Positions 1-8,400 of a DNA stretch of 64,000 nt are shown piece by piece. The notes under the pieces were generated by a model. The model searched no databases. It was given only the letters and a program-made list of their open reading frames with translations, and was not told the DNA's origin. Position numbers and translations under genes: made by a program. Numbering within the stretch: position 1 is the first letter of the stretch; each line of letters begins with the position of its first letter. Origin of the DNA: Candidatus Mcinerneyibacteriota bacterium (GTDB lineage Bacteria; Macinerneyibacteriota; Macinerneyibacteria; Macinerneyibacteriales; DSCS01); the NCBI GenBank assembly GCA_016937175.1, contig JAFGWL010000056.1, forward strand, positions 25,685 to 89,684, given 5' to 3'.

Positions 1-987
1 CCAGGGGCAGGCCCGGCTCCAGAAGACAAGATAGACATACTTTCCCCGATAATCCTCAAGACGGCGGGTCTCTTGTGAAAAGATCTCCTTCCCCTGGAAG
101 GGAGGCGCTGTATACCCTACCTGGGCGGCGAGGAGAGGTTCACCGACAGGCTGTTTTTCCAGCATGACTGTCATAGCACCGGTATCGACCCCGTTAAAGC
201 GGTAATGATCCCCCAGCGCAAAAAGAAGGTTTCCTTCAGTGAAATCCTCATAAGCTTCGGAATTTTCAAAATAACGGAATGTCGGGTAGTCAAAATCCAG
301 GCCACCCCCGGGAAAGATTATGAACTTTCTCCCGAGAAAAGTCCCTTCTCCTCTGAAGAAGGCTGTCCACCCCAGAGCCTCCCCATTCCAATCCATAAAC
401 CTGAAGGGTATGGTCAGGGTACGGACTTTCCCGTTAAGTTTTGCTTCCACACGGACGTCCACGCAAGCATCTCTTTTCTCTTTTTCAGAGAGTTTGTCCC
501 ACTCTTCGTGTGTCAACAGTTTGACAGGAGCATTATTGGAAAAATCGTGGTCATTGTCAGAATCAATGAGATAACGGGTAACCCCGGCCTCATCCTTCCC
601 TCTCATCACATAAAAATAGCAGCGGATAAACTCCTCTGAAAGTCTTTGACTTAGCGCCTTGTCCGGCTCTCCTTTGAAATAAAAATCAAAATAGTCTTTG
701 TCGATGATTCCTGCATGATAACTTTGATACCTGAACTGGTCATAATTCATGACCACTTCTTTTACCATGACATCGGCCCAGTTTTCAGGGACCCCCTTCA
801 CCTCTTTTTTCATCTCTGTCCAGGGATACCCCTCATAATCGGGACGCCAACCAAGGCCCCCTGTCATCGTTTCCGCCTGAGCCTCGTGATACCCTGTCTT
901 GAACTTGAACGTCACTTCTCCGTTTTGAACACCGCAGGATACAAGAAGCAACCCCGCGGCCAGCAGAATCCCAAACCCTCGTCTCAT
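1..987 (-). CDS. Lipoprotein, 3' end beyond window start. Signal peptide with lipobox LVSC; C-terminus ends ...GKYVYLVFWSRACPW, suggesting a TlpA/thioredoxin-like fold
   Basis: I translated the minus strand from ATG 987 to position 1 with no stop. GGAGG sits 5 nt upstream of the ATG. N-terminus MRRGFGILLAAGLLLVSC is a lipoprotein signal. The track omits this ORF because no stop lies in the window. Confidence 0.6.
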   Translation of the reverse strand, partial: MRRGFGILLAAGLLLVSCGVQNGEVTFKFKTGYHEAQAETMTGGLGWRPDYEGYPWTEMKKEVKGVPENWADVMVKEVVMNYDQFRYQSYHAGIIDKDYFDFYFKGEPDKALSQRLSEEFIRCYFYVMRGKDEAGVTRYLIDSDNDHDFSNNAPVKLLTHEEWDKLSEKEKRDACVDVRVEAKLNGKVRTLTIPFRFMDWNGEALGWTAFFRGEGTFLGRKFIIFPGGGLDFDYPTFRYFENSEAYEDFTEGNLLFALGDHYRFNGVDTGAMTVMLEKQPVGEPLLAAQVGYTAPPFQGKEIFSQETRRLEDYRGKYVYLVFWSRACPW

Positions 988-999
988 TCGAACCTCCTT

Positions 1000-1455
1000 C
1001 TACTCAGCAGACAACTTCATAAACTTCTTATCGGGGCCGGAAAGCGCCAATGAAACACCGATTCCTCCATCCTGTCTGCTTAAACGGAATTTATAGGCAT
1101 GGTAATGCCAATTATTGAACTTATAATGGGTAAATCTTGCTATCTCCTTCGCCTCATAAAAAACATGAAAAGTATTGTTCCCGTAACGATACCGTTCCCG
1201 GCTCAGCCCTGCTCTGATGATGCGGCCCTTGTCATACACCACACTTTCACCCCAGACGACTCTTACCTTTTGGCGGTCAAGCCCTTCAGCCAGAGACACT
1301 TTCACGCGGTTCATATTGAAAAAATAACTCAGGGCGTGAGCGGCGGTCGTTCGGCAAAAAACTCCTCCCGGTTTGAAAAAGAGGAAAAGGAGAACTCCTG
1401 AAACCAGCACGGCCCCGCATATCGCTGTAATCCTCAAGGAATGAGTCATGGCCAT
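1000..1455 (-). CDS. Hypothetical N-terminally membrane-anchored protein (about 151 aa)
   Basis: ORF with internal start MAMTHSL preceded by GGAGGG. The track start at 1506 would overlap the upstream gene. One N-terminal hydrophobic helix. Confidence 0.5.
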   Translation of the reverse strand: MAMTHSLRITAICGAVLVSGVLLFLFFKPGGVFCRTTAAHALSYFFNMNRVKVSLAEGLDRQKVRVVWGESVVYDKGRIIRAGLSRERYRYGNNTFHVFYEAKEIARFTHYKFNNWHYHAYKFRLSRQDGGIGVSLALSGPDKKFMKLSAE

Positions 1456-1465
1456 CTGATCCCTC

Positions 1466-2281
1466 CTACCGGATCTCTTTAGCACCTGAGCAGATATAGA
1501 CGACACTCATCAGGTAGCGGTACATCTCTTGTGCATTTTGAAACTGCACCTTGATTTTTCGGGGATGAAGAAGCTCAGCTCCCGGGATAACGGAACACAT
1601 ATAACCCTGGAGGGCATCCCGGAACTCGATCTCCATCCGTCCCGGTACTTTCAGCGAAAGAAGCGTACCCCGGTTCTCTTTTAACATCTCCCCTTCTCTT
1701 TCCAGTTTATTAAGAAGCTCCCGGTGAGGAAGCATCACGCCTGCAAATTTGGATATCGCCCTTTTAGAGACCAGAAACCGCGCTTCAGGGACTTTCGGGG
1801 AAAGGAAATCCCGTGTGACATCGTCTCCGTATACAAAAGAGACCGGGACTTTGAACTCTCCTGCCAGATAGGCATTGATGATCCCCTCGTCCACCGGTTC
1901 TCCGTTGACAGATATCCCGTAGACTGAAGACCCGGAATAGGTATGCTCCATCATCCCGCCGCCCCCTGCCGGGCTATGATATCCGAAGAGGACAAGATGG
2001 GTGAAGGTCGAATCTATTCCCTCCATCATATAAAAATTACGGGGATATCCTTTAATAAGGGTCACATCTTCTTCCAGCCTGTCCCACAGGATGTTTCGCC
2101 CCAAAGCATGAGAGTCACACAGGACGATCTCTGCATCAGGGACACTCCTGCGTATTCCGCGGCAGAAAGCATTGATCTCTTCAGTGGCAAGCCGGTCCTG
2201 TTCAGGAAGCCCGGAGGCCTCAGCCCAGGATGTCACTCCTCCGATGCCTTCGTAATCAAATGAGATAAAGACTTTCATCAC
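1466..2281 (-). CDS. Peptidase M55 family D-aminopeptidase (DppA-like)
   Basis: 271 aa. N-terminus MMKVFISFDYEGIGGV is typical of the DppA/M55 family. Promoter TTTACA-17-TATAAT on the minus strand at 2316-2344. Confidence 0.75.
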   Translation of the reverse strand: MMKVFISFDYEGIGGVTSWAEASGLPEQDRLATEEINAFCRGIRRSVPDAEIVLCDSHALGRNILWDRLEEDVTLIKGYPRNFYMMEGIDSTFTHLVLFGYHSPAGGGGMMEHTYSGSSVYGISVNGEPVDEGIINAYLAGEFKVPVSFVYGDDVTRDFLSPKVPEARFLVSKRAISKFAGVMLPHRELLNKLEREGEMLKENRGTLLSLKVPGRMEIEFRDALQGYMCSVIPGAELLHPRKIKVQFQNAQEMYRYLMSVVYICSGAKEIR

Positions 2282-2436
2282 TCCTCCTTTTCGGGCTTCT
2301 TGAAAAGATAGTAAAATTATACGAAAACTTCATCATCTGTAAAGGACTCTTTTTAACACCTTCTCCTTTATCTATCGGGAAACACCCGGGGAGGCCTTAT
2401 ACGGGCCCGTCCGAAAGCAAGCTCCCGTGAGAAGCC

Positions 2437-2465
2437 TTGACAGGAGGGCTAAGCACCCCTATAAT
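2437..2465 (+). promoter_or_regulatory. Consensus sigma70 promoter TTGACA-17nt-TATAAT for the 2510 gene
   Basis: TTGACA at 2437-2442, 17-nt spacer, TATAAT at 2460-2465. It is divergent from the dppA-like promoter. Confidence 0.55.
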
Positions 2466-2509
2466 AGGAGAGCTAAATTATTTAATCAAAGGCTTTTCAG
2501 GGAGGTAGT

Positions 2510-2830
2510 ATGGAGAAAGGACTCTTGATCGTCAAACGTATTCATCAGCGTAAAAGCCGTTTTCGTCGGTTTTGGATCTACATCGACGGTGAAAGGAGAC
2601 AACCCATCAAAGACGGGGAGGCTGTCTCCCTGGAACTTCCCATCGGGAAACATGATGTTCAGATACGTCAGGACATTTACCGCAGCCAGAAAACCCTTTT
2701 CGACCTCAAGGCCGGCGAAACCGTCTCTCTGGAATGCGGAAGCCCCATCCAGGGGATCAAACTGATCGCCACCTGGCTCTATGCCCTGATCCCGATCCCC
2801 GGACTCTATATCTATCTGAAAAAAAAGTAG
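2510..2830 (+). CDS. Small hypothetical protein (106 aa) with C-terminal transmembrane helix
   Basis: GGGAGG SD 6 nt upstream of the ATG. Basic N-terminal segment RKSRFRR; hydrophobic C-terminal helix. Confidence 0.6.
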   Translation: MEKGLLIVKRIHQRKSRFRRFWIYIDGERRQPIKDGEAVSLELPIGKHDVQIRQDIYRSQKTLFDLKAGETVSLECGSPIQGIKLIATWLYALIPIPGLYIYLKKK

Positions 2831-2843
2831 GGTGATAGCGGCC

Positions 2844-3902
2844 TTATCTGATCTTCATAGAAAAGATGCCGGAGGCGAGGATGAGGCGCCGTAATACCCT
2901 GTTATACATAAAGGGAAGCTTTCTGTTCTTAAGCCAGATATTAAACTTCAGTGCGGCTGTCTTTTTTCGATAAACTTTCTGAAAACAGGGAAAATTTGTA
3001 TTGATACTTTCAGCCAGCAAAAGACCGCTTTTGATCGCATAACTGATCCCTTCAGCTGAACTGGGGCTGATGAAGCCTGCCGCCTCACCTGTGAATGCGA
3101 CTTCACCCCTATGTGTCCTTATACTTTTCATGTCCCGGGGCCTGTTGATGAAAGCACTCTCTTTTTTAACAGGCTCTCCGGTAATCAGCCCTTCTCCTTT
3201 GAGCCGGTCTAACAGCCCCTCAAATTTCTGTCTGGCCTCTTCCCCGGGTGGAAGAGCACTCCCCACAATCAGATGACCGTTTTTCTGAATTATCCATGAA
3301 TAAAAATCAGTCACCGTGCGGTCAAATATCGAAGTATAAAAGGGGCTTTCCCGTTGAGTCATAAACCAGTATTGCAAGGCCAGATAAGAGGCCTTTCCGA
3401 AAGCGGGATCCGCCTGGCGCCTGACACGCGAAGCCGCTCCGTCAGCTCCCACCAGGATCTTCGTCCGGGCTTCCGAAATGACCCCCTTTTCACGGTACTT
3501 GATTACGAGCCCCTTTTCGTCTCTTTTGTAGGAGAGAAACAGAGTATTGAATTTTTTTTCTGCATGTTCGGGAAGAGACGAACAGAGCCAACGGTCGAAC
3601 TTTTCCCGGTCGATATTGATATAATAACGCTGATAATAGCGCTCCAGGCCGTGGTCTCTGTCAATGGTGCGTACGCTGAAGAGCTGAGGCCCTGTCAGAA
3701 CCTCGCCGGGGATACCGAGCCCAAGACGTCCCAGGATATTCTGGGCATCAGGTGCCAAAAGCCCGCCGCAGCACTTGTTCACCAGAGGAGGCCATTCATC
3801 CAGATTCCTTTTATCTATGAGCAGGACACGGTATTGCTTATCAAGGAAGCGAGCCAGAGAGGCCCCGGACGGCCCCGCACCGATTATGACCACATCATAC
3901 AC
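2844..3902 (-). CDS. FAD-dependent oxidoreductase (geranylgeranyl-reductase / halogenase-like Rossmann family)
   Basis: GTG start followed by VIIGAGPSGASLA (GxGxxG dinucleotide-binding motif). 352 aa. AAGGGGGA SD. Confidence 0.7.
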   Translation of the reverse strand: MYDVVIIGAGPSGASLARFLDKQYRVLLIDKRNLDEWPPLVNKCCGGLLAPDAQNILGRLGLGIPGEVLTGPQLFSVRTIDRDHGLERYYQRYYINIDREKFDRWLCSSLPEHAEKKFNTLFLSYKRDEKGLVIKYREKGVISEARTKILVGADGAASRVRRQADPAFGKASYLALQYWFMTQRESPFYTSIFDRTVTDFYSWIIQKNGHLIVGSALPPGEEARQKFEGLLDRLKGEGLITGEPVKKESAFINRPRDMKSIRTHRGEVAFTGEAAGFISPSSAEGISYAIKSGLLLAESINTNFPCFQKVYRKKTAALKFNIWLKNRKLPFMYNRVLRRLILASGIFSMKIR

Positions 3903-3980
3903 CCTATTCCCCCTTTACAACTCACTGGGAGCATTGTAGGGGAGATCCCGAAGGGTCTCAACCGATTTCTTCTTTTTTTT

Positions 3981-4178
3981 TCAGACAGTATCAGTTTTTC
4001 TCTGAAGATGATCTCCTGAAGCAGTATTCTGCCTCATATCCGGCCCCGCAAGAATCAGAAGCCATCCGAAAGGGCCCAGAAGAAAAGAAAAAAAAGCTCC
4101 TGCCCCGGCACGCCCTTTTCTATCACCTATGAGGGCCCCGATCAGGATAGTCACAACAGCGATAATATAATACTCCAT
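3981..4178 (-). CDS. Small membrane protein (65 aa, 2 predicted TM helices)
   Basis: GGAGAGGG SD. Two hydrophobic helices. Confidence 0.5.
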   Translation of the reverse strand: MEYYIIAVVTILIGALIGDRKGRAGAGAFFSFLLGPFGWLLILAGPDMRQNTASGDHLQRKTDTV

Positions 4179-4254
4179 TTCCCTCTCCGCTCAACTTTTC
4201 AAACGCTTTCAGATTATTCAAATTCTTTTTTCACCAGGGCAGGGAAGCCGATGG

Positions 4255-4950
4255 TCATGGGGTCGGCTCACCGGCCTCCTCTTGCCTTCCATGCATGGGA
4301 TGCATGGCTGTCAGGATCCAGGCTTTACAAAGGAGGTGAACAGCCTTTTCGATCCTTGATACAGGGCTCTTTGACTTTTCAAGAATGATCTTCAATTCTT
4401 TATCTTTGAAGGCCTGCGGGTGAAGTTCGCAGATCTTCCTCATCCTTTGTCCGGATCTGCCGGTATACGAGACTTCCACCATGTATCGCCCGGCAGACTG
4501 ATCAAGGGCGTAGAGAAGAGTCTCGGCGTCTTCAGGCCCTCGCAGAGGGAGGTCGACTGTTCTCTTTTCTGTGAGGGAGGACAGAGCAGCCTGGCTCACG
4601 ATCTCAATATCTTCCAGGATATATTGAAAGACCACTTTTACATCCACCAGTCTGTCCATTTCCGGCGGCTGCAGCTCCAAACGCACAAAAGCCCCTATTT
4701 TTCCGGTCTCTTCTTCCCGTGTGAAAAAGACCTTTTCTCCGCTTAGCTTCAGGTCCCCGGGAATGACCAGATTTTTTGGATTACGGTCATGATATTGTCC
4801 CCTGACATATGACCAGGCGTAGTTGAGGGCTGTGGCCCAGAGGAGAATTTCCACAATAAGGGAAGACCAACGATCAGCCCCGTAATAGATATTGACAATT
4901 ATCAATCCTGATAAAAGAGCCATCACTGTTATGACTTTAATTTTCTCCAT
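4255..4950 (-). CDS. Hypothetical membrane protein (2 N-terminal TM helices plus cytoplasmic domain)
   Basis: Internal start MEKIKVITVMALL preceded by AAGGGGGGG SD (C7 tract on plus 4948-4954). The track N-extension to 5067 lacks an SD. Confidence 0.55.
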   Translation of the reverse strand: MEKIKVITVMALLSGLIIVNIYYGADRWSSLIVEILLWATALNYAWSYVRGQYHDRNPKNLVIPGDLKLSGEKVFFTREEETGKIGAFVRLELQPPEMDRLVDVKVVFQYILEDIEIVSQAALSSLTEKRTVDLPLRGPEDAETLLYALDQSAGRYMVEVSYTGRSGQRMRKICELHPQAFKDKELKIILEKSKSPVSRIEKAVHLLCKAWILTAMHPMHGRQEEAGEPTP

Positions 4951-5090
4951 ACCCCCCCTTTGGGCTTTCCTTTCAAATTTCTGACATTTCACCTCTTTAT
5001 TGACATAATCGGATCCCCGATAAGGAACCGTAGTATTATCGTAACATACCGACCGGTCTTTTGCCACTATTTTTTTTCCTTCTTTTCTCC

Positions 5091-5204
5091 GTCAGTCCCA
5101 TAACCTCTTTCTGTTATTCCCATCCTTCTCCCTCTTTTCCGGCCTCTCTTCCAGGTTCACGATGACAGCCAGGATAATCATTATGGCCAGAATAAGTTTT
5201 TCCA
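5091..5204 (-). CDS. Small hydrophobic peptide (37 aa) MEKLILAIMIILAVIVNLEERPEKREKDGNNRKRLWD, type I toxin-like architecture
   Basis: Perfect AAGGAGG SD 6 nt upstream of the ATG. Single TM helix plus charged tail. Below the ORF-track length cutoff. Minus-strand TATAAT at 5256-5261 upstream. Confidence 0.45.
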
Positions 5205-5450
5205 TTACAGGGCCTCCTTAATTGCGACAAACCGTTCCGCGGCTCTCTCATGATTATTATAAAAACAGGCAGAGGGTTAGTTAAGACAGCAAAATGAATT
5301 TGATTTGGTTCCCATTACTATTTTAATCAATTATTATATTTGTAGTTAAATTAGATATACATGTATTCAGGTTCCCAATCAAGGAACTGGTGATATTCTT
5401 TTAGGCCTGTATGTTGTAGGCTTTCAGCCGGCATCCCTAAAGTGAAGCGA

Positions 5451-5477
5451 GAAAAAGGGAGAATATATTATTCTCTC
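5451..5477 (-). terminator. Rho-independent terminator overlapping the stop codon of the giant gene
   Basis: 9-bp stem gggagaata/tattctctc (one G-U pair), loop tat, followed on the minus strand by UUUUUCU. Confidence 0.5.
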
Positions 5478-8400
5478 TCCAATGGAATACGGCCGCTGAT
5501 AAGGAACGAATGATAGATTTTTTCAGCGATCATGGTTCCCAGAAGCTGGAAATAGGAGCTGTCAGAAGCTACCGAATAACGGTCGGAATCGATCCTTAGG
5601 TAGACGGAAGCTGTCGTCCTCTTGTTCAAATCCACTCTCCGTATCAGATCTCCTTTCTCTTCATCACCCGGGAGAGCCGGATCCGTGATCAGACGGCTGC
5701 TTTCTCCCTGCAATCCCAGACAATAAATATCTTCTGATACGTCCAAAACAATAAAAAATGAGCTGGCATGGAAGTAAGTGACCAGCAGGTCAAAGATCTG
5801 CCTGACCATGGCCTCCGGCCCGGTGATGGGTCGGATTTTTTGCGCCAGGTCAAAAACAGCATCGATCTTCTCACTTTCTCTCACAGGATCCCGGAGAGGT
5901 TTCGCTTCCTTCTCTTTTTCCCTGCGCTCAGGGACTCCCCGGATATAAACGGTTCTGTTTCTCCCGCTCTCTTTGGCATAGTAGAGGGCCTCATCTGCTT
6001 TGGCTACGAGCTCTTCCAGAGCCTTTCCGTCATCGGGGTAGAGGGCATAACCTATACTGCATGTCAATTTATAATTCTGGTTCAACACGGAATTTTCAGT
6101 GTTCTTCCGGACCCGGTCAATGATCTTTTCTCTGTCGGCATCTCGGGGTATGATCATGGAGACACAAAACTCTTCTCCTCCATACCGTCCCACAAAGTCA
6201 CTCATGCGGACAGTCCCCTTGACAATACGCCCCATCTCTTTCAGGACCGAGTCCCCTCGTGAATGGCCGTAGGTATCGTTGATATTCTTGAAATGGTCCA
6301 GGTCCAGAATGGCGATGAGAACCTGCTGTTCAGACTTATCGGCATAATCCAGCATATCCTGTGTAAGATTTATCCAATGCTCCCTCTTATAAAGGCCTGT
6401 GAGCCGGTCAAGAAGAGCTGTCCTCTTCAAATAATCATAGTATCCCGCTGCATTGATAAAGTCCCGGAAAGGGCCTAACCCTTCGGTGATTTCTTTGTCA
6501 GGATAGAGGAGAAGACGAGTCGTATCCAGGTAGAGACACCCTCTAAGAGCAAAGTAGTGAAAACTTGATTGCCTGTTTTCCCGTGTTTTGCTTTTTCCCC
6601 GCCCCAGTTTTTCAATATCCAGTACGGGAATGATCAGGATCCCCGTCAGGTTCCGTCCCTGCCTCTTCTCTTCCCGGTGATAGAAGATATCCCTATGGGC
6701 CTTTTCAAAAAGGATCTCATTCAGAAGGTCCCGCCTCATGGGAACCGGAACATGATACCGTCCTTCTTTTTCGATCACAAGTTTCTCTGTCCAGCCCGAA
6801 TAGAGGTCATATTCGAAAAAGCCCCCCCGTGTCATCCCTGTGATATCCATAAGGTCCACGAGGATCGACTTATAGAGCCCTGTCCCCTCATTGACCGGAG
6901 ATAGCTGGTAATCCTCCAGAGCCTTTCTCTTGCTCTCTGCAATCATCTCACGGGCGAGATCACGGTGGGCCTCTCTGAAGAGATCGGGCCGGTCAACCAC
7001 CGGGTCGATGCCATGCTTTTTCAGAAGGCTTGCATGAAAAGCCCATTCTTTGTTTTGTTCCATGAAGGAGGTTCTGTACTGTATGGGGACTGTATTAAGC
7101 CACTCTTTCATTTGGGTAAAGAGGTCCAGGAGGACATCATAGAAGAGAGCTGTCCCCTCTTCATGCTTCTCAACAAGAAGATGAAGTGTATAAAGCATCT
7201 GAGAAGATCTGTAAAAGGGTGCAGCATAAACCCTTTCCAGTGCCTCTTCACTTCCGAGAAAAGCTCTGAGGAGGTCGGAGCGGTTCTTCTCCTCTCTCTC
7301 CTCGATTTCAAAACCTTTTCTCTCAAGAGTATCCAGAAAGCGGACAGCCAGGTCTTTATCTCCCGAAAGCCAGGCCTTCTCCGCTCCATGAAGAAGGAGT
7401 GTGCTATAATGCTTTTTATCTTCTTCTGCAGAGTACCGGCGCAAAATAGCATCCATCTCCTTTTCCATGGCTTTCAGCCCCGCTTCCTCTGCCCGGGCTG
7501 TGAGAGAGACGACCAGGTATTCCACGCATTCTCGAAGAGAGGGACGGTCTTCAAAAAAGGCCCCTGCTTCTTTCAAAGCGGCCCGGGCCCGCTCATGGTC
7601 TCCCAGTTCAAACAGAAGGTCTGCCAGCAGGAAATTCATCTTAGCCCCCTCGCGGACCCCTTTTTCGTCTCCCAAATAATCAAATCCTTTGCTGATGACA
7701 TCATAGGCTTTGTCATAGTAATGGAGTGTCTTGTAGGCTTGGGCTAAATTCATTGTATTGATGGTAGCTGCATGAAAGAAATGGATCCGTTCTGCTGCCC
7801 TGACAGCACGGATCCAGGAAGAAATGGCCTCTTCAATTTCGCCCCGGTCGATGTTGACGATCCCTGTGTTGGTGGAAACGATGGCGATAAGCCTCTGATC
7901 GTCCAGGCGCTGGGCTATCTCCAGGGCTTTTTTGAAATATTCATGGGCACGGTCGACCTCTCTGGCCCTTCGGTAGGCGATGGCTCTTGCGTTATAAGCA
8001 TTGAACTCTGCATCTAAAGAGATGTGTTCCCGATTTTTTTCGACGATTGAAAGCATCTGCTGGGCTGTCTCTTCCATTTTTTTATTGTTCTGATTATCCA
8101 TATAACTTATCATAAGCTCATTAAGGAAGAGCGATTTCCGGTTTTCGTCAAGTCCGTCGATCATCTCCCTGAAGCCGCAGACCATCTCTTCGACTCTATC
8201 ATATTCACTTTTTGTGACATAAAAGACCAGAAGGTTGTAAAAAACAGTCCCCCATTCTTCCGGGTGATCTGCCGGCCCTTTCTCGATAAATCCCATGAGT
8301 TCCTTTATATCCTCTTTATCCCCGTTGGACAGGATGACAAGCCGATAACTCTTGTAAAGGGTCTTTAACAAAGGAGTATCCGCAAAAGCCTCCATCTGGG

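Noticed and set aside
205-1053. Plus-strand ORFs 205..639, 320..574 and 715..1053
   Set aside because: They are antisense to a continuous minus-strand lipoprotein ORF that runs from 987 to the window edge without stops. The plus frames have no SD and no recognisable domains
2510-2830. Possible PilZ (c-di-GMP receptor) identity for the 106-aa protein, because of RKSRFRR near GGDEF genes
   Set aside because: An RxxxR-like basic stretch is present, but the downstream (D/N)xSxxG motif is absent, so the call is not supportable from sequence
4290-4330. Palindrome CATGCATgggATGCATG
   Set aside because: It lies within the coding 3' end of the 4255..4950 gene (encoding ...MHPMH...), so it is most likely incidental codon-level symmetry rather than a regulatory site
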